In this document: positions 47,280-56,991 of the stretch, one piece after another | How positions within the stretch are numbered: position 1 is the first letter of the stretch | How the letters are laid out: the number at the start of each line of letters is the position of its first letter | DNA from: an uncultured bacterium | Lineage (GTDB): Bacteria > Oederibacteriota > PGYV01 > Palsa-1178 | Assembly: GCA_937889595.1 (NCBI GenBank) | Contig: CALAOR010000057.1 | Span: 7,500 to 71,499, forward strand | Length of the DNA: 64,000 nt | Reading direction: 5' to 3' | Made by a program: the position numbers and the translations under genes | The notes under the pieces: generated by a model | Told to the model about the DNA's origin: nothing | The model's database searches: none | What the model saw: only the letters and a program-made list of their open reading frames with translations

Positions 47280-47903
47280 TTGAAAAACACCGTTTCTACA
47301 CGCCTGTTTTGCGTATTAATACTTTGTTCCCTGCCTTTTATTGCGGGCTGCGGGCCTGATGTCAAGGCGATGAGAAAAGCCGCTGCTTTAATAAACAGCT
47401 TTGAAACGCTGCCGTCCGAGCTTTCAATAGGCGACTTTGACCTGGATACTAACGGGTATGTAAATCTGGAACAGATAAAAAAGTATTCCTCGCAGGGCAA
47501 ATTCTCCGCAAAGGCCACGTTTTCCGTGCCTGTTGATTTCCTGACGACTACACAGGCAGCCAGGGCCAAAACATGGATAGCTTCGGTAACCATGGGCATA
47601 AATACACTTTCAAAATTGAAAAATACGACATGGCAGTATTATAAAAAGTTTGCCGTGGATATTTATGTGGCGGACCAGACGTCCCCTGATGTGTTTATCA
47701 AAATAGTGGACATGTCAGGCAATGAATACCTGACACAAAGGCCGCTTAAAAACGGCAGGAACAAACTTGAGATCGTGCTTGACGACGTCAAAAATACGCG
47801 CGTTAACACATCGGCCATCACATCTTTTTCAATATACATGGACACGGTTGCCCAGCCTAAGGACGTAGTGCTTTATCTGGACAATATCAGGCTGGTCTTA
47901 TAA
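47280..47903 (+). CDS. Lipoprotein, function unknown
   Basis: Lipobox LPFIAGC after a signal peptide. TTG start with a GGAGGA RBS. Confidence 0.65.
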   Translation: MKNTVSTRLFCVLILCSLPFIAGCGPDVKAMRKAAALINSFETLPSELSIGDFDLDTNGYVNLEQIKKYSSQGKFSAKATFSVPVDFLTTTQAARAKTWIASVTMGINTLSKLKNTTWQYYKKFAVDIYVADQTSPDVFIKIVDMSGNEYLTQRPLKNGRNKLEIVLDDVKNTRVNTSAITSFSIYMDTVAQPKDVVLYLDNIRLVL

Positions 47904-47908
47904 TCCCG

Positions 47909-48781
47909 ATGAAACTGCACGCCGGCGTCATACTGGACCTGCTCAGGGTCAAACAGTGGACAAAAAACCTCCTGATATATGCCGCGCTTATTTTCACGAA
48001 TAACCTTTTTAATCCGGTCTATTTTGGCAAAGTCACCGTGGGTTTTTTCCTGCTTTGTTTCGCGGCAAGCTCCCTTTATATCTTTAACGATCTGGCTGAC
48101 TATAAATCAGACAAACTTCACCCGCAGAAAAAAAACAGGCCCATCGCCGCCAGCGCAGTTCAGAAGGATTTTGCATGGTTCTTGGGCATACTCCTCATGG
48201 TAATATCGCTCATCGGTTCTTTTTTTCTTAACTTCCATTTTTTTCTCCTCATAATCGTTTATCTAGCCATGACGACCTCTTATACTTTAAGTTTAAAACA
48301 CGTTGTCATAATTGACGTCTTTATATTGTCTGCTGGTTTTGTTTTAAGGGCCATTGCCGGCGCGCTTGTCCTGTCCGTCAGCATATCTCCGTGGCTGTTG
48401 ATTTGCACGTTCCTGCTTGCGCTGTTTTTGGCCTTTGCGAAAAGACGCAATGAACTCACCATCCCCGACGCGCACAAACACAGAAAAATCTTGGAGGAAT
48501 ATTCCATCCCACTTCTTGATGAAATGATATCCGTGGTCACGGCGTCAACGGTCATCGCTTACTCGTTATATACCTTTACCTCATCCACGGCCGCAAAACA
48601 CAACTATCTCATGCTGACGATCCCTTTTGTGTTATACGGCATATTCAGGTATTTGTACCTTGTGCACAAGAAAAATATGGGTGGAAGCCCGGAGTCAATA
48701 CTTCTTAAGGACAAACCCACCCTGGTAAACATAGTGCTATTTGTATCGGCCACCATCATAATCGTTTATTTTATAAAATGA
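47909..48781 (+). CDS. UbiA-superfamily prenyltransferase, decaprenyl-phosphate phosphoribosyltransferase (DPPRS)-like
   Basis: N-terminus LRVKQWTKNLLIYAALIF (the RxxQWxKN signature of the DPPRS subgroup). First Asp-rich motif NDLADYKSD. Eight or nine TM helices. Confidence 0.7.
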   Translation: MKLHAGVILDLLRVKQWTKNLLIYAALIFTNNLFNPVYFGKVTVGFFLLCFAASSLYIFNDLADYKSDKLHPQKKNRPIAASAVQKDFAWFLGILLMVISLIGSFFLNFHFFLLIIVYLAMTTSYTLSLKHVVIIDVFILSAGFVLRAIAGALVLSVSISPWLLICTFLLALFLAFAKRRNELTIPDAHKHRKILEEYSIPLLDEMISVVTASTVIAYSLYTFTSSTAAKHNYLMLTIPFVLYGIFRYLYLVHKKNMGGSPESILLKDKPTLVNIVLFVSATIIIVYFIK

Positions 48782-49737
48782 TACTAACCGTCACACTGAA
48801 CTCTACCATAGACATCGTAGTGCCCTTAAGTACTTTAATCCTCGGAACTGTTTCCCGCACCAGGGCCATATACACTTACCCCGGAGGCAAGGCAGCCAAT
48901 GTGGCCCGTGCCTTAAAGCAGCTCGGCGGCAAACCCCATGCTTTTGGTTTTGTGGGCATACGCGATTCGCGCGAGACGGAGCATTTTTTAAGGCATCACG
49001 GGGTTCCATCATCGTACATACCCTGCACGGGTTCGAACAGGATATGCCTTCTTTTAACAGAAACAAATGGCGCCTTCAGGGAAACGATAATAAACAGCGA
49101 GTCCGACATTGACATAAAAGAAAAAGATATCCGGCTTTTTTTCAAAAAGCTGAAAGAACTTACAAAAAAATCATCCCACGTTATTTTTTCAGGGAGCATG
49201 CCGGTGTCTTTGCCCCCTGATTTCTACGCAAAAGCCATAAGATCAGTTGATAAAAATTGCATCCCCATGCTTGACACTTCGTCCAAATATCTTTTTCACG
49301 GCATAAAAGCCTCCCCAGGCATAATAAAACAAAACTTAAGCGAACTTGAATCAGCCTTTCACGTAAAGCTTTCATCGCCGCCGAAAATCATGGAATTTAT
49401 ATCCGGCCTTTCGGAGAAATACGGCGTGCATGTGATCATCGTCACAATGAACGAAAAAGGATCGCTTGTTTTTGATAACGGCAGTTTTTATTTTTTCCCG
49501 GCTGTACGGGTTAAAGATCCGGTTTCCCCGGTCGGCTCCGGGGACGCGTATTCCGCCGGATTGCTTTACGGATTGTCAAAGGGAGAGTCCGTAAAAAATT
49601 CGTGCAAATGGGCCGTCGCGGCCGCGGCCGCAAATTTAGGGCACTTAGGTTCGTGTTTTATAAACAGAAACGACGTGGTGAAGTATATAAAAAAAGTAAA
49701 AATAATGGCAATTAAGAATTTAAAATTCAAAATGTAA
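48778..49737 (+). CDS. PfkB-family sugar kinase, 1-phosphofructokinase/tagatose-6-P kinase (FruK/LacC)-like
   Basis: N-terminus MILTVTLNSTID...PGGKAANVARALKQLGG and C-terminal anion-hole motif PVGSGDAYSAGLLYGL. 4-bp overlap with the UbiA gene. Confidence 0.75.
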   Translation: MILTVTLNSTIDIVVPLSTLILGTVSRTRAIYTYPGGKAANVARALKQLGGKPHAFGFVGIRDSRETEHFLRHHGVPSSYIPCTGSNRICLLLTETNGAFRETIINSESDIDIKEKDIRLFFKKLKELTKKSSHVIFSGSMPVSLPPDFYAKAIRSVDKNCIPMLDTSSKYLFHGIKASPGIIKQNLSELESAFHVKLSSPPKIMEFISGLSEKYGVHVIIVTMNEKGSLVFDNGSFYFFPAVRVKDPVSPVGSGDAYSAGLLYGLSKGESVKNSCKWAVAAAAANLGHLGSCFINRNDVVKYIKKVKIMAIKNLKFKM

Positions 49738-49801
49738 AATTAAGGATTGGCCCTTGCAATATTATAATTAAACCGCGAAGCGAAACAATAATTTTAAATT
49801 T

Positions 49802-50704
49802 TCAATTGCCATTATAATACGGTTCTATATGAACAAGTACGTTCACATCGCCGTACATCTCCGCGATCTTTGTTTCTATTTTTGTCGTAAGTTCGTGCGA
49901 GGCTTCAACGGTCATCTTTTTATCGACTTTGACGTGCATATCCACAAATATAGTTGAACCGCTCTGGCGCGTCCTTATTTTGTGATAAGCCTTTATTTCC
50001 TCGAAACATTTTAACATCCCGTCTATCTTAACCAGTTCCTCCTCGTTTAAACCTTTATCTATTATCTGGTGGGTTAAAGTGTACGACAGCCTTATAAATA
50101 TGCCGATAACCCATACACCCACTAATATGGCGCCGACCGGGTCTATCCACCAGAGGTTTGTCAGCTGCATGATGCCGAGCGCGACAGCTATGCCAAAGGA
50201 CGTGACAACATCGGCGCGCAGGTGTTCCCCGTCCACTTCTATGCCCACGGAGCGTAGTTCTTTTCCTTTTTTTATAAGGTACACGGACACAAACAGGTTT
50301 ACCAGTCCAGAGACTAACATCACAATAATACCGGCAATTATCAATTTTGGGTGGGATTTATCAATAAATTTCCTGTAACCTTCATATATTATACCCAGGC
50401 CTATTATAAGAATAAGGATGTTTTCTATCCATCCCGTGATTATCTCCACCTTGCCGTGCCCGTAAGGATGTTCCCTGTCCGGCGGCCTTAAGGAACCTTT
50501 AACCCCGAAATAAGCTATCACTGACGCGAGCAGGTCGTTTGCGGAATGAAGCGCTTCCGCAACTATACTGACCAATCCGGTCAATATCCCAACCGTTATT
50601 TTCATCAGCACAAGCGCTATGTTTGAAATCACCGATAGTATTATTGCCTTCTCTTTTTCCTTCTTTATCTTTTCAACCAGGCCATTGCAGTTATTGTCTT
50701 GCAA
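49802..50704 (-). CDS. Cation diffusion facilitator (CDF) family metal efflux transporter
   Basis: Six TM helices with HxxxD motifs (HSANDLLAS; HLRADVVTS) and a C-terminal cytoplasmic domain. Confidence 0.85.
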   Translation of the reverse strand: MQDNNCNGLVEKIKKEKEKAIILSVISNIALVLMKITVGILTGLVSIVAEALHSANDLLASVIAYFGVKGSLRPPDREHPYGHGKVEIITGWIENILILIIGLGIIYEGYRKFIDKSHPKLIIAGIIVMLVSGLVNLFVSVYLIKKGKELRSVGIEVDGEHLRADVVTSFGIAVALGIMQLTNLWWIDPVGAILVGVWVIGIFIRLSYTLTHQIIDKGLNEEELVKIDGMLKCFEEIKAYHKIRTRQSGSTIFVDMHVKVDKKMTVEASHELTTKIETKIAEMYGDVNVLVHIEPYYNGN

Positions 50705-52114
50705 TTATCGCCTCTTTTTTGTATTTATGGTCAGTTCCGGATTTTTGCCGTTGTTGACCGTAATAGGAACAGCTTTTTCAAGTATATATGTGGCTTCAAC
50801 ATAGATCACATAAGCGCCTATGGGCAATGCCGTGAATTTAAACCTGCCGTCATCATCGGTGTAAGCGGTATAAACTTTATCCGTGTGCTTGCTTAATGCT
50901 TTCATTTTTATGCCCTTTTGCACCGGCATATTATCCATGAAAACCCTGCCTCCCAGATTGGAACGCAGCATCATATCAGGGGTTGAGGTCGGCACAGGCA
51001 CATGGGTGGCTTTTCTTTTGGGCTTTTTTACAGGTACTTTAGTGGCGGTATTTGCAGGGGTCGGGGTTTTCCTCGAGGCTTTTGTAGCCTCCGGCGCCGG
51101 TGTGGGCGCAGCAGGAACAGGCGTAAATGTTTGCATGGGCACAGCAGTAGGCTGCGGCGCGGGCCTTACCTTTTTTATTTCAAGGTACTTGGGCGCGCCT
51201 GCCACTTCTATCTCAGCTGTTATTTCGCCCTGGTCCGGATTTATAACAGCCACTTTTCCCGACGCCGCGCCCTGTTCGTATCCGGCTACAAAAATCCTGG
51301 AGCCCGACGCTGTCTTTCCGAAATCACAGTCATACACCGGATAATCAAGCCCTACCGATGACGGCTTTGTGAACCCTTTTAATTCAAATATATCTATGCC
51401 GTTCGTAACCGCCACATAAAGCATATTATTATACGCCGCAAGCCCGCGCGGCATATCTGTGGTCACTACCTCATTAATAACGGTATTTTTCTTCATATCA
51501 ATGACGGAAACAGATGCCATCCCTTCATTTGACACAAAAAGCAGCCTGTTATTATAAGTGCACATTGTCCATGGATCCGTGCTTACGGGTATCACGCCTG
51601 TCACTTTATTGCTGCTTAAATCGAGAAGAGCCACGCCTCCCATATCCGATAATGCAATATATGCTTTTCTGTCGTCGTCCGTGATCACTATGGCCTTCGG
51701 GCTGCCGGGCAAAGATATGGGATCCCCGGCCGCTTCAAAAGTATCCGTTTTAATTATTGTCACATTGTTTGCCTTACCGCTTATCACATAAACCGCTTTA
51801 TTGTCGTTCCTCACGGCCAGTCCGGTGGGCCCGTAACCAACATTCACAAAATCCGCGTCAGGGGTCAGGTTTTTGCATTTTATCCTGTACAAAGCGTTTG
51901 TATCCGCGCTGATAAAATACAGGTACTTCTCTTCGGGGTCGAGTTTTATGTCTACAACGGACATTTTAAGCGGTATTTCGCTTAAAACTTCATTGACTGC
52001 TGTGTCAATTACGGTTATTTTTTTGAGTTTTTCGTGGGACACATAAAGGTTGGGCGCGCCGTAAAGAACCGATGCAAATACGATCAGGACAACCGCGGAT
52101 AAAAAATTTTTCAT
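50705..52114 (-). CDS. Secreted YVTN-type beta-propeller protein with a Pro/Thr-rich linker and a C-terminal carboxypeptidase-regulatory-like (CarbopepD_reg) domain
   Basis: Signal peptide. Repeated about 40-residue YVTN/LVIV motifs. C-terminal DDDGRFKFTALPIGAYVIYVEA. Confidence 0.7.
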   Translation of the reverse strand: MKNFLSAVVLIVFASVLYGAPNLYVSHEKLKKITVIDTAVNEVLSEIPLKMSVVDIKLDPEEKYLYFISADTNALYRIKCKNLTPDADFVNVGYGPTGLAVRNDNKAVYVISGKANNVTIIKTDTFEAAGDPISLPGSPKAIVITDDDRKAYIALSDMGGVALLDLSSNKVTGVIPVSTDPWTMCTYNNRLLFVSNEGMASVSVIDMKKNTVINEVVTTDMPRGLAAYNNMLYVAVTNGIDIFELKGFTKPSSVGLDYPVYDCDFGKTASGSRIFVAGYEQGAASGKVAVINPDQGEITAEIEVAGAPKYLEIKKVRPAPQPTAVPMQTFTPVPAAPTPAPEATKASRKTPTPANTATKVPVKKPKRKATHVPVPTSTPDMMLRSNLGGRVFMDNMPVQKGIKMKALSKHTDKVYTAYTDDDGRFKFTALPIGAYVIYVEATYILEKAVPITVNNGKNPELTINTKKRR

Positions 52115-52617
52115 GAATGCCTCCGTGTGTTATGTTTTTTATTTTTATTTGCCAATTTCTTTTTCTTTCTGCCTTTCATGAGCTTTGCCGCTTTTTTTGT
52201 TGTCCTTCTTATCCTGTAGCTTAAAAATTTCAGCAGCACGCCCACGACTTTAAACCCGGTTTTGGCATACTCGTTTTTAAGTTTTTCAAAGCCTTCTTTG
52301 GACAGTTTTACAAGTTCCACATCGCCTAAGGCTTCCACTGTAGCCGACCGAGGTGAGCCGTCTATAAGGGCGAGTTCCCCGAAGAACTCCCCTTCAGTCA
52401 GCGACGTTATTAATTTTTTTCTCGTCTTGTTTTCCTTAAATATCCTGACAACTCCCTTATTTATTATATACATTCCGTCGCCAGGTTCATTTTCCTTAAA
52501 TATGGCCTGGCCACTGCCGTACTTTTTCTCTTCGCAGATTTTTGCGAGTGTTTCTATGTCATCCGAATCAAAATCCCTGTAAATCGGGTATTCGGTCAAA
52601 AAATACAGATCTGCCAT
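52111..52617 (-). CDS. Cyclic-nucleotide-binding domain protein with a basic C-terminal tail (no HTH)
   Basis: cNMP-binding motif GEFFGELALIDGSPRSATVEA. C-terminus KGRKKKKLANKNKKHNTRR. Confidence 0.75.
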   Translation of the reverse strand: MADLYFLTEYPIYRDFDSDDIETLAKICEEKKYGSGQAIFKENEPGDGMYIINKGVVRIFKENKTRKKLITSLTEGEFFGELALIDGSPRSATVEALGDVELVKLSKEGFEKLKNEYAKTGFKVVGVLLKFLSYRIRRTTKKAAKLMKGRKKKKLANKNKKHNTRRHS

Positions 52618-52729
52618 GTGAACCTCCTGAAATAACCGCGTATTTATTTCATTATTATATCATATTTTTTTTAAAAATTCCTTTTGACTGTTGTGACCCT
52701 AAAGAATATTGAGATCATTGAGATTGCCT

Positions 52730-54400
52730 TTACTCCCGATACTTATTCGTGATCGGCATGCGCCTGTCCCTGCCAAAAGCCTTCGGAGTTATCTTTATCC
52801 CGGGTGGGGCCTGCCTTCTCTTGTATTCGTTTATGTCAATCATGCGTATGACCCGCCGCAGGGTTTCATCGTCGTACTTGCCCTTTAAGTCGCCGTAAGT
52901 CCTGTCATTTTCCACGTAGTCTTCAATTATTTTATCCAGCACTTCATACTCAGGCAGGGAATCAGAGTCTTTCTGGTTGAATTTCAGTTCTGCCGTAGGA
53001 GCTTTTTTAATTATGTTCTCCGGTATCAGTCCGTAACCGGCTTTTTTGTTTATCATGTCTGAGATCCTGTAAACAAGGGTCTTGGGCACATCCTTGATCA
53101 CCGCGAACCCGCCCGCCATATCGCCGTATAAAGTGGCATAACCGGTTGACATCTCGCTTTTATTTCCGGTTGTAAGCACCAGCCAGTTAAACTTATTGGA
53201 TAGGGCCATATTTATGTTTCCCCGTATCCTCGCCTGCAGGTTCTCTTCCGTGGTGTCAGGCTTTGTTCCCTTGAACTCATCCCTTAATTTATCAAAAAAA
53301 ATGTCCACTGTTTCCTGTATGCCTATATTTTTCATTTTTATTTTAAGGTTATTACACAGTTTCTCAGCGTCATCATGTGATTCCCGTGAAGAAAATTTGG
53401 ACGGCATAAAAACAAGATTTACATTTTCCGGTCCCAAAGCTTCGGCCGCTATGACCGCTACAAGCGCGGAATCTATTCCCCCGCTTAAACCCAGAACCAC
53501 TTTTTTAAAATTATTCTTTCTGACATAATCCCTGGTACCCGTGACTAAAGCCTGGTAAACTTCCTCTTCCGCGAAAAACGGCTCGTATTTTTCCGTCAGC
53601 GCTATTTCAGGCTTTACATCCTGCTTTCCTTTATGGTCCGGTCCCCTGTCTTTTAAACTCAAAGGGTAGTCAAATACTATATCCTGTTCTTTAAACTGCC
53701 GGCCCTGCAGAAGCACCGAGCCTTTTGGGCCTATGACAAGGCTGTGCCCGTCAAAAACAAGTTCATCCTGCCCGCCTGTAAGGTTGCAATAAACAAGTGT
53801 AGCTGCGTATTTTTTTGCCTGTCTCTTAAAAAGCACTGTCCTCTCCCTCCACTTTTCCAGATGGTAAGGCGACGCGCTGATATTTATCAATATGTCTATT
53901 TTACCTTTCTGTTTTTCCAGGGCTTTATACGGCTGCCATAGATCCTCACATATGGTAAGCCCCATGCTTACCCCTTTCACCCTAAAAACCAGCCCTTTTG
54001 TCCCGGCATTGAAATACCTTTTTTCATCAAACACGCCGTAGTTCGGCAGGTTTATCTTGTCATATGTGGCCTTTATTTTTCCACCCGATATTACGGCCGC
54101 GGAATTATACAGGCCGCCATTTTTAAAATTGACATACCCGACAATTGCCATAACACCCGCAGTTGCACCCGCTATTTCTTCCAGCGCCTTGATATTATTT
54201 GCGACAAATCTTTTTTTATGCAGCAGGTCTTCGGGCGGGTATCCTGTAATTGTCATTTCTGGAAATATTATAATATCCGCCTTTAACATGGCGGCTTTTT
54301 TTATCCTGCTGATTATAAGGTCCTTATTGCCGCTTATGTCGCCTACCGATGTGTTGATCTGTGCGAGAAAGAACCTTATTTTTTTACTGTTATTTTTCAT
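52730..54400 (-). CDS. nadE: Glutamine-dependent NAD+ synthetase (CN-hydrolase + NAD synthetase domains)
   Basis: N-terminal nitrilase-like domain (catalytic Cys in the ICEDLW context). C-terminal PP-loop SGGIDS. Confidence 0.9.
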   Translation of the reverse strand: MKNNSKKIRFFLAQINTSVGDISGNKDLIISRIKKAAMLKADIIIFPEMTITGYPPEDLLHKKRFVANNIKALEEIAGATAGVMAIVGYVNFKNGGLYNSAAVISGGKIKATYDKINLPNYGVFDEKRYFNAGTKGLVFRVKGVSMGLTICEDLWQPYKALEKQKGKIDILINISASPYHLEKWRERTVLFKRQAKKYAATLVYCNLTGGQDELVFDGHSLVIGPKGSVLLQGRQFKEQDIVFDYPLSLKDRGPDHKGKQDVKPEIALTEKYEPFFAEEEVYQALVTGTRDYVRKNNFKKVVLGLSGGIDSALVAVIAAEALGPENVNLVFMPSKFSSRESHDDAEKLCNNLKIKMKNIGIQETVDIFFDKLRDEFKGTKPDTTEENLQARIRGNINMALSNKFNWLVLTTGNKSEMSTGYATLYGDMAGGFAVIKDVPKTLVYRISDMINKKAGYGLIPENIIKKAPTAELKFNQKDSDSLPEYEVLDKIIEDYVENDRTYGDLKGKYDDETLRRVIRMIDINEYKRRQAPPGIKITPKAFGRDRRMPITNKYRE

Positions 54401-54501
54401 TTATTATTCTCTTTATCTCTCTTTTGAGTATTTTTTTCCTGCCGTGTGCGTGGCGGTGCGTAACGAAGGCCCTGCGTTTGAATCAATCCCAATTTCTGCT
54501 T

Positions 54502-55704
54502 TTAGACTTTTTCATAAGGGTCAAAAAGTTTTTTGTATTCCTCAAGTATAAACCTGTCAGTCATTCCTGCGATGTAGTCGCATATGACGCGCCTTATTGA
54601 ATCCCTTCCGAGGCGTTTTCTCGCTTCAGGAGGCAGTATGGATGACTCCACGCCTCTTTTGTCCACCACCGACCCGCGCTTGTCATATATCCTGAATAAT
54701 TCCTCTATTATTTTCTCGGCTTTATATTCCATGCGTATAACCTTATAATGCTTATAAAAATTTTTGTACAAAAACACCTTTAAGTCCTTGTGCGTTTTTT
54801 TCATATCATCGTCAAATTCGACCAGATTCTTTTTATAATTCCTGACTTTTTCAACTGAATCTATGCCGTGCTCTTTTATGTTTAAAATGGTATTTTCCAC
54901 CAGGTTTGTCACCTGCAGGTTGATCAAAGCCCGGCATATGTTATACTTTTTCATATCCAGCGGCAGGCTGTCAAACTTGATCTTATCCAGGGTCTTTTCT
55001 ATTTTTCCCCAGATGACGGTTTCCTTGAGCATTTCGACGCTAAGGATCCCCGCAGTTATTCCGTCATCCATATCGTGGGAATTATAGGCGATCTCATCAG
55101 CCAGGTTTACTATCTGGGCTTCCATGGTCGGCGACAGGTTCGGGTCATAATCTTTGCACGCGGGATTGTCATATTCGGTCGAGTGTTTTATTATTCCCTC
55201 TTTTGTTTCCCATGTCAGGTTTATGCCGTCAAAATCCGGGTATTTTTGCTCCAACTCGTCCAATACCCTTAAGCTCTGCTTATTATGTTCAAACCCGCCG
55301 TCTTCCTTCATGAGCCTGTTTAAAACCGTCTCCCCGGAGTGTCCGAACGGCGTGTGGCCTATATCGTGCGCGAGCGCGACAGACTCTGTGAGTTCCTCAT
55401 TTAAGCGCAGTGTTTTCGCGACGGACCTTGCTATCTGCGCCACCTCGCTTGTATGCGTCAGCCGTGTCCTGTAATAATCGCCTTCGAGGTTCACAAACAC
55501 CTGCGTTTTGTATTCAAGCCTCCTGAAAGCCGTAGAGTGTATTATCCTGTCCCTGTCCCGCTGGTAAACGGACCTGAACGGGTGCTCCTCTTCTTTATAC
55601 CTGCGGCCCTTGGTCTGCGAACTTTTCATTGCATAGCTGGCAAGCGTTTCTTCCTCAAACTCCTCGAGTTTTTTTCTTGTAAGCAGGTACTGGGTTTCTT
55701 TCAT
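54502..55704 (-). CDS. dgt: dGTP triphosphohydrolase-like HD-domain protein
   Basis: HD motif (RLTHTSEVAQI...HDIGHTPFGH). dGTPase family length and C-terminal region. Confidence 0.85.
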   Translation of the reverse strand: MKETQYLLTRKKLEEFEEETLASYAMKSSQTKGRRYKEEEHPFRSVYQRDRDRIIHSTAFRRLEYKTQVFVNLEGDYYRTRLTHTSEVAQIARSVAKTLRLNEELTESVALAHDIGHTPFGHSGETVLNRLMKEDGGFEHNKQSLRVLDELEQKYPDFDGINLTWETKEGIIKHSTEYDNPACKDYDPNLSPTMEAQIVNLADEIAYNSHDMDDGITAGILSVEMLKETVIWGKIEKTLDKIKFDSLPLDMKKYNICRALINLQVTNLVENTILNIKEHGIDSVEKVRNYKKNLVEFDDDMKKTHKDLKVFLYKNFYKHYKVIRMEYKAEKIIEELFRIYDKRGSVVDKRGVESSILPPEARKRLGRDSIRRVICDYIAGMTDRFILEEYKKLFDPYEKV

Positions 55705-56988
55705 TTAATCCCCCTGGTTAAGAGAGGTGTTTGGAACCACCTGTGACATGAATAAATCGTTAATTTTCTTTCCAAACGCGCCTTTTTGCATCATTTGTTT
55801 TATCTTTGTAATAAGGTCCGATACCATTGCGTGCTTAATTTCGAGGTTTGTGGCAACTTCCGCGGCGATTATCCTCCCGTCAAATATTTCGCGCAGACCG
55901 GCCGTGAATTTTGCCGCTTTCTCAGGCTCCCCCATCTGCAGGGCGTTTATATTGGCTATAAGCCTTGCCGCTTCCAGTATTCCGTCATTTTTTAAATTAC
56001 CGTTCTTATCCGTTATAACCCTTTTTAAGACTTCCGGCATCTTTTTTTCCGCCTCTAAGACCGCCCTAAAAAATATTGTCTGTGCGGCTTTTTTACCGGT
56101 CTTCCCGGATAATATAAGGAGAAAAACCTCCTGTGCCTCTTCAAAAAGCTGTATCATGGAAGACATTTCATTATAATTAAGGGTCACTTCGTTTAATTTC
56201 TGCTGGAATTCCAGGCTCTGAGTTTTCACGGAATCAAGCCGGGACAGTATTTCCTGTTTTTTCCTGGCGCGCTCCTCTTCCATTTCCTTCTTTATTTCAT
56301 CCTTCATCTTGGTCTTCATTTCTTCTTCCTGCAGGTGTTTTGTTTCGGTTTCCACTTTTTCTATGAGCAGCAATTTTTTCAATATTTCTTCTTTTCTTTT
56401 CCTGTCCCTTTCCTCTATTTCCTTCGTCATTTCTTCCTTTATTTGAATTTTTAATTCTTCGTCCCTTAACTTTAGTTTTTCGTCGTCCATCTGCTTGAAT
56501 ACATGCAGTTTTTTAAGGATTTCCTCTTTTTTAATTTTTTCCTTTTCTTCCATTTCCTTCCTTATTTTGGCCTCTATCTCAACCCTTGTTTCCTCGACTT
56601 TTTTCCGCGCTTCCTCTTCAAGCCTTTTGCGGAATTCCTCCTCGAATTTTATCCTCGTTTCTTCCTCTATTTTGCCGCGCAGTTCCGCTTCCATCTCGCG
56701 CCTCATGGTCTGCGCGTCTATGACGGTTGTTTTTTCGCCTATGACGCCGAACTCAACTTCCTGCTTTATTTGGGAGTTCATTTCCTCCTCGACGGCCCGG
56801 TTTACCTGCGTGGTCATGGCGCCTTCAACTTCCTTTTCCATGACGGACTTTATCTCGTCGGCAAGTTCGCGCTTAACCTCATCCTGCACTTCCCTGTCCA
56901 TCAGCGCATTTTGTTTGGACCTCTCCTCTTCAAACTCTCTGAGCAGGGCTTCTTCTTCGTCTGTAAGCTTTTTTTCTTCGGCGCTCAT
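55705..56988 (-). CDS. Glu/Lys-rich coiled-coil protein with a conserved approximately 130-aa C-terminal domain of unknown function (paralogue B)
   Basis: Long KEEILKKL-type heptad repeats. The C-terminal domain is homologous to that of the upstream gene (IANINALQ...FTAGLREIFDGRIIAAEVATNLEIK...NTSLNQ). Immediately abuts the dgt start. Confidence 0.6.
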   Translation of the reverse strand: MSAEEKKLTDEEEALLREFEEERSKQNALMDREVQDEVKRELADEIKSVMEKEVEGAMTTQVNRAVEEEMNSQIKQEVEFGVIGEKTTVIDAQTMRREMEAELRGKIEEETRIKFEEEFRKRLEEEARKKVEETRVEIEAKIRKEMEEKEKIKKEEILKKLHVFKQMDDEKLKLRDEELKIQIKEEMTKEIEERDRKRKEEILKKLLLIEKVETETKHLQEEEMKTKMKDEIKKEMEEERARKKQEILSRLDSVKTQSLEFQQKLNEVTLNYNEMSSMIQLFEEAQEVFLLILSGKTGKKAAQTIFFRAVLEAEKKMPEVLKRVITDKNGNLKNDGILEAARLIANINALQMGEPEKAAKFTAGLREIFDGRIIAAEVATNLEIKHAMVSDLITKIKQMMQKGAFGKKINDLFMSQVVPNTSLNQGD

Positions 56989-56991
56989 ATC

